64,000 nucleotides of DNA from assembly GCF_964194155.1 (NCBI RefSeq), contig NC_135881.1, positions 111,290,001 through 111,354,000 on the forward strand, given 5' to 3'. Positions within the stretch are counted from its first letter, which is position 1. The number at the start of each line of letters is the position of its first letter. Source of the DNA: Cetorhinus maximus. Lineage: Eukaryota. The position numbers were made by a program, and so were the translations under genes. Shown piece by piece: positions 24,861 to 37,140 of the stretch. A model generated the notes under the pieces. The model was not told the origin of the DNA and ran no database searches. It saw only the letters and a program-made list of their open reading frames with translations.

Positions 24861-25854
24861 AGTAACCTTTGACTATTGTGAAGTGAAATTCTTCTCTTGA
24901 ATTTGCTGAAAAACAGAGGAAGGTTGTCCTTGGTACTATTAGGCCCCTTTCTTTCAAATTTCATTGCTTGTAAGCATGTTGAAAGAAAAGTCAAGGGTGA
25001 TGGCGTCATCTTATATGTGTCAGGCCTGTTATATAGCACAGCAGCATGTTGTAACCTCTCAGTGAGACCCAAGTGTGCATCATGGAGAGGAGGAGGAGGG
25101 GGTTTTAAAAGTTCTTAACAAGTTTTCACTTTCAGTCCTGCTCTCAGTGATTAACATTGTCTTCTAAAAAAGCAAAAATGTCCCACATAAACTTCACCCT
25201 TTGAGAAATGACAACTACTATGTAAAGAGAAAATCATAGATTACTTTCTTTGACTGTCTTGAGGAAGACCAGGGCTAGAAATTCAGATTTGGGGGATCTA
25301 CATTGTTTCTATGATGTTCACTTTTAGTTTCTCTTCTGAGGCTACAGTTAGCTCATTTCAAGATTACACTACACTTATTTAGGTAACCCAAACAACACAC
25401 AGTTTGTGGGAATACAGCAATCATGCACAGCAGTGAAAGCGACAAATTTGTGGAGCAGAGAATTCTTTATCTAATTTGTTATTCAAACTACATGTTCCTG
25501 GCTTGGCCCAACAGTTCAATGCTCCTGTAGTCTATGGCTTTCTGTTCACAGAAATTCATTTTCCTGTCTTAGCCTTTCTGCTTCACCCAATGCTTCTGAC
25601 AGGGTCGAGTGTGTGTTCACCTTTTGTCAGCAGTTGCATAAAATACCCACCTGACAGGGTTTGATAGTTCAGCTCTGGCATGTAGGGAGTTAGGAGTTGG
25701 GACGTTGTTACTAGCCGCCCCTTACCCGTAACCCACCCATTTCAGCTGGAAGAAAAAGCTATGTCTGTGACTGCGATAAGTATAAAGATGGTTCCAGTCG
25801 CTATAAAAACACACTTCAAAGTACAATTGTTGCAGGATTTATTTCTTCACTTGT

Positions 25855-26030
25855 CACTGGGTCAAAATCCTGGAACTACCTAACAGCACTGTGGTTGGAC
25901 CTACACCACATGGACTGCAGTGGTTCAAGAAGGTAGCTCACCACCACCTTCTCAAGAGCAATTAGGGATGGGCAATAAATGCTAACCTAGCCAGTGGTGC
26001 CCACATCCCATGGCTGAATAAAAAAAAAAA
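25855..26030 (+). mobile_element. LINE family B 3' end with poly(A)
   Basis: GTCACTGGGTCAAAATCCTGGAAC...GGGATGGGCAATAAATGC...A-tail; matches 41335-41513. Confidence 0.85.
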
Positions 26031-27136
26031 TTCCATCTCTAAGGAACAAACTAAATGAGGAAATAATTGTGGAAACATAGGGCGGAATTTTCCGAGCCCG
26101 CTGGCGTTGGGCGTGATTAGTGACGTGCGTGGAAAATATGGTGGGACCCACTTCACGACAGCGTGAAGGCAGGTCACGATCTTCTGCTCAGCCCGCTGAT
26201 GGCGGGCCACGTTTCCCACCATCGGTCAGTGGGGAGGCAATTGTAATACTTTAGCATATAATTAAAAGGCCATCCCGCCAGGCTCTTGGAACCCCACCGT
26301 ATCATCCGTCCATATCGACAGGAAAGCAGGACAACGTGTTTCACAACAGCAAACAGGAGGCTTGCACTTGGCGGCCTTCACTTTGGGGGAACTGAAGTGA
26401 CTGAGCAGCAGCGTTCTCCACAGCTCACCTGTTGTTTACAGGCCTCAGGGTCACCGGCGGGGCAGGGGCAGAGGGAACTGATGCCTGGCCCCGCGGGCAA
26501 CTGCTGAGGGGTGGGGGGTGTCTGGGGGAAAGTGCTGCCCTGGCATCCCGTACACAGGCAATCGAGGTGTGGGGCAGGGTAAGTGAGGGAAGTGGCCATG
26601 CATTAGGGGCACCTGTATAAACTGACCATGTCTCTGCAACTGAGACAGATCAGGCACAGCCGCAGTGATATGATTGGGGTCGGGCTCCTAGCCTGCCCGC
26701 ACCTGATGCAAGCACCACGGAGGCACCAAAGGGCCATCAAGCGCTCCATAGCTTATTCCACCTGCCCCACACCACCACCTCCCCCAACTCCCCCGGCACA
26801 GACATGGAGTCCGCCACCACTTCATTGGACTGTGGAGCAGTTGGACTGCACAATTTGTACAATCTCCTCGCCAACTCTGGCCATGTAGCAGTCACTGCAC
26901 TGGAGGCGCTCACAGCCTCTTGCAATCTCAGCATCCTGGTTTGGACCAGTGTCCCCATGTCGCAGGTTGACAGGTCAGCCATGCAGCACACTCATCTCTG
27001 GCCATCCGAAGGGTGGCCAGCACTCGCTGGGAAGTGTTAAGGGGCAGTCACACAGGGCCAGGAAAGGTGCTAAGTACTGCCATGATAACCACGTCTCTCT
27101 CTCTTTTTCATGCTGCAGGAGGACCACGTCAGGATC

Positions 27137-28312
27137 ATGGATCCTGGTGACCTAGCTGTCGTGCCTGATGGCCTACAGAGACCGTAGAAGACGGAGGAGA
27201 GAGCGACTGAGGCTCCTGGCCGTGCAAAGGCAGGAGCAGCAACCTCATGAAGAAGGGGCAGCAGGGGCTCCTGCACACGCTGCCCAGAAACGACAGCGAG
27301 CCGTGGCTGGTTGGCACCTAGTGACACCCAGGGTCTATAGACACTACCTGCCATTCCTGCAGATGACTGAGAACCAGTGTCGCCGACGACTGCGCTTGGT
27401 AGGCCTGCTACTTACTGCAGGACTTGTCGCCAAGGAGGGCATCCACTGCCAGTGGCTGTGAAAGTGACCACGAGGCTCAATTTCTATGCCAGTGGCTCCT
27501 TTCAGGGCTCCACAGGTAACCTCTGTGGGATTTCATAATCCACCACCCACAAATGCATCCATGAGGTCACGGATGCCATCTTCTCCATGGCACACAACTT
27601 TGTGCATTTCGCCCAGGGTCAGGATAGCCAGGATGCAAGGGCCATTGGATTCGCCCTGATCTCGGGATTCCCACAGATTGACTGCACTCATGTGGCGCTC
27701 AGGTCTCCGTCGCTACACTCGGCGGACTTCATCAACCGCAAGGGCTTCCACTCACTGAACGTGCAGCTGGTGTGCGACCACCAGAAACGCATCCTTCAGG
27801 TATGTGCATGGTTTCCAGGGAGTGTGCACGATGCCAACATCCTGAGTTGCTTGCAGATCCCTGCAGTCTTCCAGGGCCCACAGAGGCTGCAGCGTTGGCT
27901 TCTTGGGGACCAAGGCTACCCACAGAGGCCGTGACTGAAAACACCCATGTGGCGGCCTCAGACTGCAACAGAGCAACAGTATAATGAGGCTCATGCAGCA
28001 ACTCACAACTTGGTGGGGCAGACCATCGGGATGCTGAAGATGCCGTTCCAGTGCCTGGACTGGTCTGGTGGAGCCCTCCAATACAGTCCACAGAGGGTGT
28101 CACGCATCATCATTATCTGCTGCACCTTTCACGACCTGGCGCTGAAACAGGGAGCAGAGCTGGCTGAGGAGGAGATGGAGGAGCTGGATGTCTCCTCCAA
28201 TGAGGAGGATGCTGATGGAGATGAGGCTCTCGCACTGGCTAGATGAGGCAGGCACACTCGGGAGGCCCTCATAGCTGTCAGATTTGTGGAGGATGATGAT
28301 GACATGCAGTGA
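27137..28312 (+). pseudogene. Harbinger DDE transposase (HARBI1-like, DDE_Tnp_4), disrupted
   Basis: Motifs IDCTHVAL, FINRKGFHSLNVQLVCDH, FPGSVHDANIL, LLGDQGYP and YNEAHAAT..VGQTIGMLK. The catalytic E is replaced by G, and there are frameshifts and stops. Confidence 0.93.
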
Positions 28313-29036
28313 GGTGTCCCTGTAGATCCTCACATCGCAGTTGTGAATGTTTGACTCCAGTCTGGCTTATCTCAGCGTCAATACCCTCTGTGAGAATGCT
28401 CCTGTCATGAAGATGCAGTGGAGGCCCTAATAGTTGCTAAATCGCAGGAGGTTGATGACAACATGCAGTGAGGACACTCCATAGATCTTCACATGGCCTC
28501 TGAGAATGTCTGACTCCTGTCTGGCTGAGGGCAGCTTGCTTGTGCTCCATGATCAGGGTCATCTCAGAGACGCAGCCATGAAACTTTAGATGCATCTGAT
28601 GTTGTGTCTGCCTTCAGCACCTCAGCCCTTCAGGAGCTGGTGCACAGCATCACTGGTCGCAGATGCTGACATGATGAGGGCCAACCCCACCTTAAAGGTA
28701 CTGAGAGCACATAGAGAGTATGAGAGAACTCTGTGGCGCCTGCCCACTGCATTCGGGCAGCAATGACCAGCACCGCCGAGGTGCAGGCATCAGTAATGTC
28801 CCCAGGAAGTGTGAGGCTGGACCATCACTGTGGTCTGAAGGCCACACAGAGCACAGGGAAGAGGCCCTGGGCTGAGACACCTGCCTTTTATCTTGTGCAT
28901 AAAGGATTCACATCTGAGTGACAAGAACATTGCTCATCAGAACAAGGAACCACAGGCAGGGTGACATTCTTGGGAGTTTATTGATAATAGTGAACATTAT
29001 GTACAAGTGATTCATACCCATGCCCAGGCTGTGCAA

Positions 29037-30756
29037 TTAATTCTCCTTAACTTCCCTGACCCTGCCATTACATCTTGGTGCTCCCTGGACATCCACAGTG
29101 GAGGTGGAGGCAGCCTGCTGATTGCAACACCCTATCTGTGATGACTTTGGCAGGCGTCCTCTTAATGGCTGAGACCTGGAGGGCCCCGGCCTGCTTTCGG
29201 AGTCCTGCTGTGTAGTAGTGGCACCCACCTCAGCTTATGATGCTGGATCTGTGGAGGTCACAGGAAGAGGGGAGTCAGATGGGCTGGACACTCCCAGAGT
29301 AACCTGGGTGGATAGCCCCAGAGCGTGTACCTGCTGATCCTCCTCCCTATGGGTGTCCGATGGCTCCTGGCTGTTTCATTGAGGAGAAGGGGTAGCTGGA
29401 GTGAGATCGAGCTGCCCAGCACCCCTCTCACCTACACACTGGTGGAGGCCAACAATGGCATCAGTGATGAAGTTCAGCCCGTGCAGCAGTGCAGGATCAA
29501 TATCCTGGACCAAGCTCTCCATGGTGGTTGGCATCCTGCCAGTGTTGATCTCAGTGCATTGGCATACCGGCGCTATCACCTCAGAGTGAAGGCAGACAGA
29601 TTCCTCCATTGTGCCTTGCAATCTGAGAAGTGCAGCAGACATCCCTTCCTGATGTTCTCGAGCTTGCCTTTGCAGCTCCAGCAACTGTGACATGACCGAG
29701 TCCAGAGGCTCATCATCTGACTTGGACTCAGCAGCTTTCTGGCCTCCAGCAGCCCTCCGAGTGCCAGGGATCTGGGAAGTCCCTGACTCTGCCTGCTGTG
29801 GATCAGAAAGTGCGATGTGCTCACCAGATTGTGATCCCGGGGCTACTCTAAAGCTAGATCCCACCGAGGTATGTTTCTCTGTGCTGGTGGAGGGTGTGGG
29901 TGAGTGTTGTGATGGGACTTCAGGGAGGGTGCCTTCAGATTCCTCTTCGGAGGTTTCTTCAGTGCTTGATTGGAGGCTCTGGGTTGTGGACTCCGTCTGC
30001 TGCTTCCCAGGTGTATCTGCGAAAGCAAGGGGAGATAATTAGTGCATGGCAGTGGCCTGTGAAAGAGGACACTTCATTCACGGCATGGTTATCTGATGGA
30101 TGTTGCACTGTTGGATTCTCACTTGGTAGAGCAGCTTCGACCCTCACCGTCAGCACAGGACCAGTCCCGGTCATCACCAGCCAGCTGGATGGCTCTGTTT
30201 TCAAATTCTGTAGAACTTTGAATTCCGGTACCCCTCCATCTGTCTGCGATCTTTCCCTCCTGTTGTGTGCCAGTTTGTCCTGCATGGATAGAGACGGGGG
30301 AAGAGTGTAGCAGGACGCCTGCTGGGCCAGATGATAAGTATGCCTGGCCTGTGTGGGTGGTGAGTGGTCCCATGGACGGGATTAAGACAATGACGGTGCA
30401 TGTGAAGGAATGAATGGTGATGTCCCTTGCACTGGCAGTGAGTGAAGGTCCTGTGGATGTGTGATGCGTTTGTGAGTGTGTGAGTTGGGAGTGATGAAAA
30501 GAATGACTTACCCTGGTGGAACAGAGGAGATCATTCATCCTTTTGCGGCACTGGGTAACTGTCCTCTTCTGAAGGGCGTTGGCGCTGACCACCACTGCCA
30601 CCGCCTCTCAGGCTGGGCTGGTGACATTGCTACCCATCCTACGGCAAGGGCGGGGGTAACAGCACATCCCGGCGGGCCTCCATGGCATCCAGTGGTTGCT
30701 CACGGGACCAGCCATTGAAGCAGGGGGGCTACAGTCTTTTTGCCTTTGCTGTCCAT
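29037..30756 (-). pseudogene. Harbinger Myb/SANT DNA-binding protein gene, three exons (30756-30512, 30279-30123, 30016-29037), frameshifted
   Basis: AVVVSANALQKRTVTQCRKRMNDLL and DKLAHNRRERSQTDGG; canonical GT-AG boundaries; minus-strand AATAAA at about 28980. Confidence 0.9.
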
Positions 30757-31534
30757 GTCTCCCGGGCAGCGGTGGCGATGAGCACTTTGCTGGCAGCTGC
30801 CTTTTAAAGATAGCGGCCGGCATGACGCAACGGCAGGGTGATGGCGAGCGGGCGAATGAGAGCCCGCCCGCCATGGAGACGGCGTGTTTCATGGGAATGA
30901 ATATATAATGAGGCAGGCTTGGGAAGATACAGCGTGAAAACCCGCCATTTTTATCGGTGGGTAGGACTCCATTTTACCCGCTTGATACCGCACTGAGTGC
31001 AATTCTGGGAAAATTCATCCCATAATTTTGAAACCGGATTTGACCAGTTTTACATCTTTTTCCTGAAAGGCTTCTAGGCCTATTCAATATCCTAATTTTA
31101 TCCGTCGCTATATAGGCCTAATTTCTATGTGTAATGATGAAAAAAATCTTACTGCTTATTTTCAAAATTTTGACCAAGAGCTTCCTCCCTCCCCTTCTAT
31201 TTCAATTGGCACATTACCCTTTCTTTGCGATCATTTTCATCGGACATGGCAGACAATGGCTCAATGCTGGTTAGCTGTTTGTCGGTCTAGAACACCAAAC
31301 ACAACTTTATGCCTCCTTTTCGTTGTTTCTGGCGGGGCTATTGAATGGTTGGCAGAAGCAAGCAGGTTAATTATATCAAGAAGAGACAACATAATGGACG
31401 ATAATAGAGCGTGACAATTACCTGCTGAAGGGTGAAAGCGTTCGAAGGCGAAAATTTTTGTTTTATAATCTGTAATGAAATGTAGATGCTTATAGGTCAT
31501 TTTAAGTGATTGAAATTATTAGACTTGAAACATT

Positions 31535-33050
31535 GGGCCTGAACTTCCATGGAGAGCCAATCAGAGTTGGATTGCCACTCCACTCCTACTTTCTTACCTG
31601 AAATTTATTTTTTTCGATCTTATCTCACCCATCCTTCTCACTCAGGCTGGGTGAGATCCAGGCAGTGCAGCACACTCCAGAGGCCTTCAGTCAAGCACTA
31701 CAAAGTTGGATGTAAGGACGCCATGCCACTTTTTTTACTGCATTAAAAACGAGGTAGGTTAAAGTTCCAGCCAAGTTTAAAGGTACTTCACAGGCCAGGG
31801 AGAAGGTAAGTGTCTAAGGTGAGGGAGTAGGATTTCGGCAATGTTGGTGGGGAGGAGGATGCGGGGAATGGGTCAGGTCAAGCTTTGGGGGATGGTAGGT
31901 GTGTTGGGTCAGACTGGGCTTCATAGGAGGGGGAGCCGAGTCGGGCCATAAAGGTGAGCCGGGTTGGGTTGGGCCTTGTGGGCCTCGGGTTGGGAGTTGG
32001 TGGGGACCTGCATCAGGTTGGCCTCGGTGGGGAGAGGGTTGTCACGTGTCAGGTCGGGCCTCAGGGGTAGGTGAGTTGGGTCAGGCCTCCGAGGGGATGG
32101 GTGGGTCAAGTCAGGTCAGGCCTCCAGCGGTAGGGTTGGGTCAGGTTGAACCTTGGGGCTTGGAATGGAGTGAGAGTCGTAAGACGAGTCTGGGCTGGGG
32201 GAGTGGGGTAAGAGGCAGGAGTAGGGCCTTGGGGGCTGGCTAGGAAGAGTGTTCATGGGGAGAGGGAACAGTTTCATGTGGTTGAAGGAATCCCATAGGG
32301 AGGGGAACACCATGAGGGTGGAGAGACCCTGTAGGGGACATAGTTGATGAGCGGGAGTAGTCCCATGGGGTAGGGGACAGTTGGGGGTTGGGCACATCCC
32401 GGGGAGGTGGGGGGGTAGTTGGAGAGTTGGGTGAATCCCCTAGGGGTGTGAGGTAAATCACGTGGGAGTTGGGGTTGGGTGGCCGGAGTCCCGTTGGGGG
32501 TCAGTGTGGGTATGTACAATAGTTATGCAGCAGTTAGAAGCGGTTTTAATTCTTCTAACTTTTTCTGGGTAACTATTGATGTTACACGGTCAGAACCATC
32601 CGAAGTTTGCAATTTAAATGGCATTTTCAGATGGTTCCCAGTGCAAGGCAATTGCCCATAGGAAGTTTGCACTTCCCAGGCAATTGCCGTACAATCCTTA
32701 CCTGGGACACCCTCCAGAGGGTGTGGATCCCAAGTGCATCTTTGGGGTAGCCCCTGTTGTAGGGTGGCCGAGTTGTACTATTAATGATAGAGTTGTTCAG
32801 GAGGCACTTCTTGGGTGGAAATTTTAAGCTTATTTACAATATACTCAGCGGCAACTACACGTTTGCTTTCAACACCAACTCTACCTCTACACTGACTCCT
32901 GAGGTAGCCTGAGCTACTCTCCTATTGGTTACTATAGATCATGTGATCTTGCCTATCAAGTATTATTCTTAAAGGTACATTACACACTAAATAAGACCAT
33001 AATTACTACATCCCCATACACACTGCCCTGGAACTCGGAAGTCACGTTAG
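31535..33050. mobile_element. Harbinger-like non-autonomous element with G-rich interior
   Basis: Starts C-ATT-GGGCCTGAACTTCC; G-rich interior; right end uncertain. Confidence 0.45.
32774..33015 (-). mobile_element. Short Gypsy-like LTR with PPT remnant
   Basis: TGTACTA...TACTACA termini; GGGGA adjacent on the minus strand; no TSD found. Confidence 0.45.
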
Positions 33051-33779
33051 TTTTCCTTATGTTTATTTTCTTATTTTATGAACTCGTCTAGGTTTCAGTC
33101 ATTCTCTCCATATTTAACCCTCCCACAATCATGCATGTTATTTTCTCCCTCTTTCAAGATTCACCAGTTTTCTTTATTGTAAGCTCTTCCTGCTCAATCA
33201 GATTCTCCATGTATTTCAAATCTTCACAATTTTCATTCGTCCATTACTGATACCCTGTTTGTGCGGCTCAGTTTTTATGATGATAAGTGAATGTGCTGTA
33301 AGTGTGTTGTTTTTTAAACAAGTGTTTCTAAGAAGCTAATTGGACTGAAATTTCATAGAATACAAAGAGATAAAATGAAATTGGGAAGTTGTATATGAAA
33401 CAAAATTTAGCTTTCAGTTTTTGAGAATAAAGGAATAACACCAGGATAAGTGTGGAAATCAAAGTGAGTCAAGTGTATCGAGAGGAAACACCTTTTCCAG
33501 CGTTCATGGCAGCAAATGGATCAATATCATGAAAATTAATATCTCTGCCAATTCATTCCCAAAGTTGTTAAATCAACCAATCAACACTCAGCTAGCCAGA
33601 CAGCATTTGTGCAGAAATCTGTCGATCTTTTCGGTGTAGACCCTTCCTCAGGACAAGGAAGGTTTGAGGAACTATCTAAACGAACTTTTGTCTCTGCCAC
33701 AGATGTTGCTTGATCCCACTGAGTTTTTCCTGCATTGTTTGTCTCTTTTTCAAGAATAATTATTTTTTCTCAAAACCTG

Positions 33780-34442
33780 GGGCAGAATTTTACATTTGGC
33801 GTGCGGGTGCACGCCCGACACGCCGGAATGTAAAATGATGCACGACGTCATCGTGAAGTCGCGCGATATTTCATTCAGCAGGCGTGCACCAGGCTTGGCT
33901 GCACGCCTGCCAATAATTGATGGGCCTATTAAGGCCCCTAGACAGGTAATTAACCTGAATTTTATACTGCCCATTGAACCTTACAGTTGGCGGGGGGACG
34001 AAAAAGCCAAGAGGCCTTTACGTTTTTTAGGAAACCTCATTCACGAGCGGGATGAGGTTTCCTGAAGCTATTAAAAATTAAATAAAAAGTTTCATTTGAA
34101 ATTAAAAACATGTCCCATCTCATGAGGGGGTATGTTTCATTGAATTTTTACTGTCTTTATTAATTTTTTCATAAAGTGCTTCAATCTCCCTGAAGCAGCT
34201 CCGTGCCTCAGGAAGATTGAAGCGCTCTTTTGCGCACATGCACAAACTGCGCACTCGTCCCGGCTCTCCCTCCTCCCCCCATCCGCACAGGCAGTGCTCA
34301 GAGCTGTCACTCGCCATCCACACAGGGCAGACCTTAATTGGCATGAAATTGCGGTGCCGATCGTGGGCGGCAGTCAGTTCCGGGACCTCCCCATCCCCCG
34401 CCCGCTCTGCCAAGCCCACCCAACAAATGGAAAATCCTGGCA
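33780..34442. mobile_element. Harbinger MITE, hairpin-rich family
   Basis: TIRs GGGCAGAATTTT / AAAATCCTGGCA; perfect CTG TSD; colinear with 19270-19952. Confidence 0.88.
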
Positions 34443-35040
34443 CTGGCATTTTGTTTGGAGTAAATAAATTGTCAAATAGTCAAAAATGACTCTAGCAAAT
34501 ATTAAATTAATTTAAATAACCACTAATAACAATTTGCTATGGTGAAGACCAGAGGTAGCTGTACACTCTGATTCCAATGCTGAGTACAGTACACTGAGTA
34601 TCAAGCGTGAGGGAGTATGAATGGTTGTTATCTATTTTAGTTTAAATTGAGGACCTCAATTCTTTCCGTTGTGCAATTTGTTTTTAAAAATGACACTAAA
34701 TCAACAATTCAAAATGTTGAATGAATTCAAAGATAATTGGTGAAATCCAATTTTGTTATCTATTATAATTTCTACTAGCAGGAAATATCTAGTTACCGCT
34801 TCTTGGTGAATTCTTTCTGCAGTAGTTAACAGCTAATTGTCACTGGATGAGTATGCCTTAATCATTAGTTCTTAATCATTAAATAGCAACATGGAGCACA
34901 CCATAAGCAACTTTTAACAAATATTGCACTGAGGCTGAATAACAGTCACCTGAATCTCAAATTGCACCATGTGGAAATTACAATGCATTAATTTCAACAG
35001 AGTTTTGATGTTTGTTAACTGCTTTTACATTACACTCAAA

Positions 35041-36170
35041 GGGCGGAATTTTCCCATCCTTCCCGCAGCGGGTGGAAGCGGAGATTCTAGCGGGAACCAA
35101 AAATTAGAAATCCAACGGCATAAAAATAGTTTGCGATTCTCCCAATGGCGGGTCGGGTATTCCACTGAGTCGTGGCATGAACGCTATTTAAATTAATTTA
35201 AACTCAGACTCATTTGAAAAAGGGTGGAGTGCACAAGTCGGACCTCACTTCACTCAAGAATTCAAGTAGGTGAGTGCAACACAAATAGCCGACCTTCCAC
35301 AGTGCTGTGCCAGTCTCGTTGCAATGCCAGTGGAATGCCACGCTGCTGGGGCTGTCGGGTTGGTGTGCTCCCAGTGGTTGCCTCCGTAATCACAAGGAAA
35401 CCACAGTGCAGTGGTGCTCAGGCAGCGCTCAACTTTCAGACAGAGAATAGTGGCGTAGGGATGGTCTGCTCCCGGTGGGTGCCACCATTGCCTAGAAGGA
35501 CAGCACTGTGCAGTGGCACATGTACAGCATACAAGGCTGAGGGGGTGGGTTGGGGAAGGGAGAACACATGGGGTACAATGGGGAAGGAAGGCTTTGCAAG
35601 AGGTTGGGGGGAGTGGGGAAGGGGGAACACACGGGGGGCAATGGCGAAGGAAGGCTTTGCAAGGGGTTGGAGTGGAAGCGGACATGATTGAAGGCAAAGG
35701 GAGCAGGAGAGCTTTGCAAGGAGGTGGAGGAGGAGGGGGAATGATGGGAGGCAGAGGGTTGACTGAGGGGTGGGGAGCTGGAGCCCGACAAGGGTAACCA
35801 AAACACTGACAAACAAGGGAGGGTGAAAGGGATACCACATGTATGAATGGGAGGGGATGCACGCAAAGTCTCGAGTGGCAAATTGGGAAGGGGTGGGGAA
35901 GCGGTTGTTCCTGTGCCACAAGAGGGATAGATTGCACGCAGACTCACAAGAGGAAGTGTAGTCTTCAGTCATGAGGGCAATGGGGAACTCTGAAAGTCAA
36001 AGTATTTGGTCTGGGGGCTTTCAGTCAGGAGCCGGAGAGTAAAGGCAAACCTGGGGCTCTGTAGACCTCACAGTCAATAGTCAGAGATTGGGGGTGGTCA
36101 TGGGGTGCAGCGGGCCATGCTGCAGGAGTATCCATTAGGAGCACAGTGTATTCCTGCTCCAGGGAAGGGA
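35041..36170. mobile_element. Harbinger left arm with G-rich tandem repeats
   Basis: Begins GGGCGGAATTTTCC, identical to the TIR at 26080. GCTTTGCAAG recurs at 35591, 35654 and 35711. Confidence 0.65.
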
Positions 36171-36199
36171 AAGTTCTGTGTGTTCACAGGAATAAAAAA

Positions 36200-37140
36200 C
36201 TTGTCAGGAGGAACCTTGGAAATAAAAATCTCATGCTTCCTTCTTAGCCACCACACGACTCCACATGCAACGACTGAAGCTCCACCAGCGGAACTTTTTA
36301 TGAAGCATCGTCTCAGAACGAGACTGAGCCTCATATTTCCAAATTTGCCAGGGAGGGTAGAGAAGAACGAAGATAATCAGAAAACGAGATACGATTTGTA
36401 TAGTAGAGTCTGGACATTTATGTTAGGTGAAGCCGTATATGTAAGAAACTTCGGTAGTGGGCCAAGTTGGATCCCAGGGATTATTGTCTGTGAGGCCAGA
36501 CCCTTTTCATTCCAAGTAGACATGGAAGGCCGGATCGTTCCTAAACACGTGGATCACTTGAGGAACAGGGAGATGCTTCCACAGTCAGTTGTTGCTACCA
36601 AGGAATGTTATCGAACCCGTAAGCGCCGAAGGACCTGATCAACCTGTTAAAGACATAACTGATGTCTCTGTTAAATCAAATAGCAATGAACTGCCTGTGC
36701 CAAAAGAGGTACCTGTTATCACAGTTCCTCTTAGTGTCGATCCTGTAAGAGAGCCTCAGGCTATAGAGTTACACCGCTCTACCCAGAACAGAAAACCCCC
36801 TCAATGACTTGATTTATAATTGCTGGGCCTATGTGTGTAAGTGTATAATCTGAATTCATGACAAAGTGCAAGTGTGATTATTTCTAAGATTTTTGATATT
36901 GTTTTCTATTCACCTGTATAAAGTAATTTGTGCAAGGAATGTAAAAGGGGAGGGATGTGGTGCTTGTTGCTTTAAGGCCAGCCTTACTGAGTAAGGTTGC
37001 ATGGTCCGAACAGCCAATTGACACTGAGAATGGGGAATCTCATAAGTTTTCCTAGCCTAGAAGCAGACAGCTAATCCAACAGCTCTGTAAATAAAGTTTG
37101 TCGTTCAACTAAAGAAGCCCCTCAGTAGTACATCTCTACA
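36200..37140 (+). mobile_element. Gypsy LTR retrotransposon 3' part: integrase C-terminus, PPT and 3' LTR (36956-37140)
   Basis: FLLSHHTTPHATTEAPPAELFMKHRLRTRL...GEAVYVRNF..GPSWIPG...KHVDHLR; PPT AAAAGGGGAGGGA; TG...CA LTR containing AATAAA. Confidence 0.9.

Larger units (their letters stand above)
26080..31021. mobile_element. Structurally complete PIF/Harbinger DNA transposon (4.94 kb, inactivated)
   Basis: 14-bp TIRs GGGCGGAATTTTCC / GGAAAATTCATCCC; perfect ATA TSD; convergent transposase and Myb genes. Confidence 0.95.

Noticed and set aside
27137-28312. Domesticated HARBI1 host gene
   Set aside because: It lies within TIRs and a TSD, has stops, frameshifts and a lost catalytic Glu, and has many paralogous fragments in the window.
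35224-35972. Long overlapping ORFs of 150-227 aa
   Set aside because: These arise from stop-poor G/C-skewed low-complexity repeats and show no domain.
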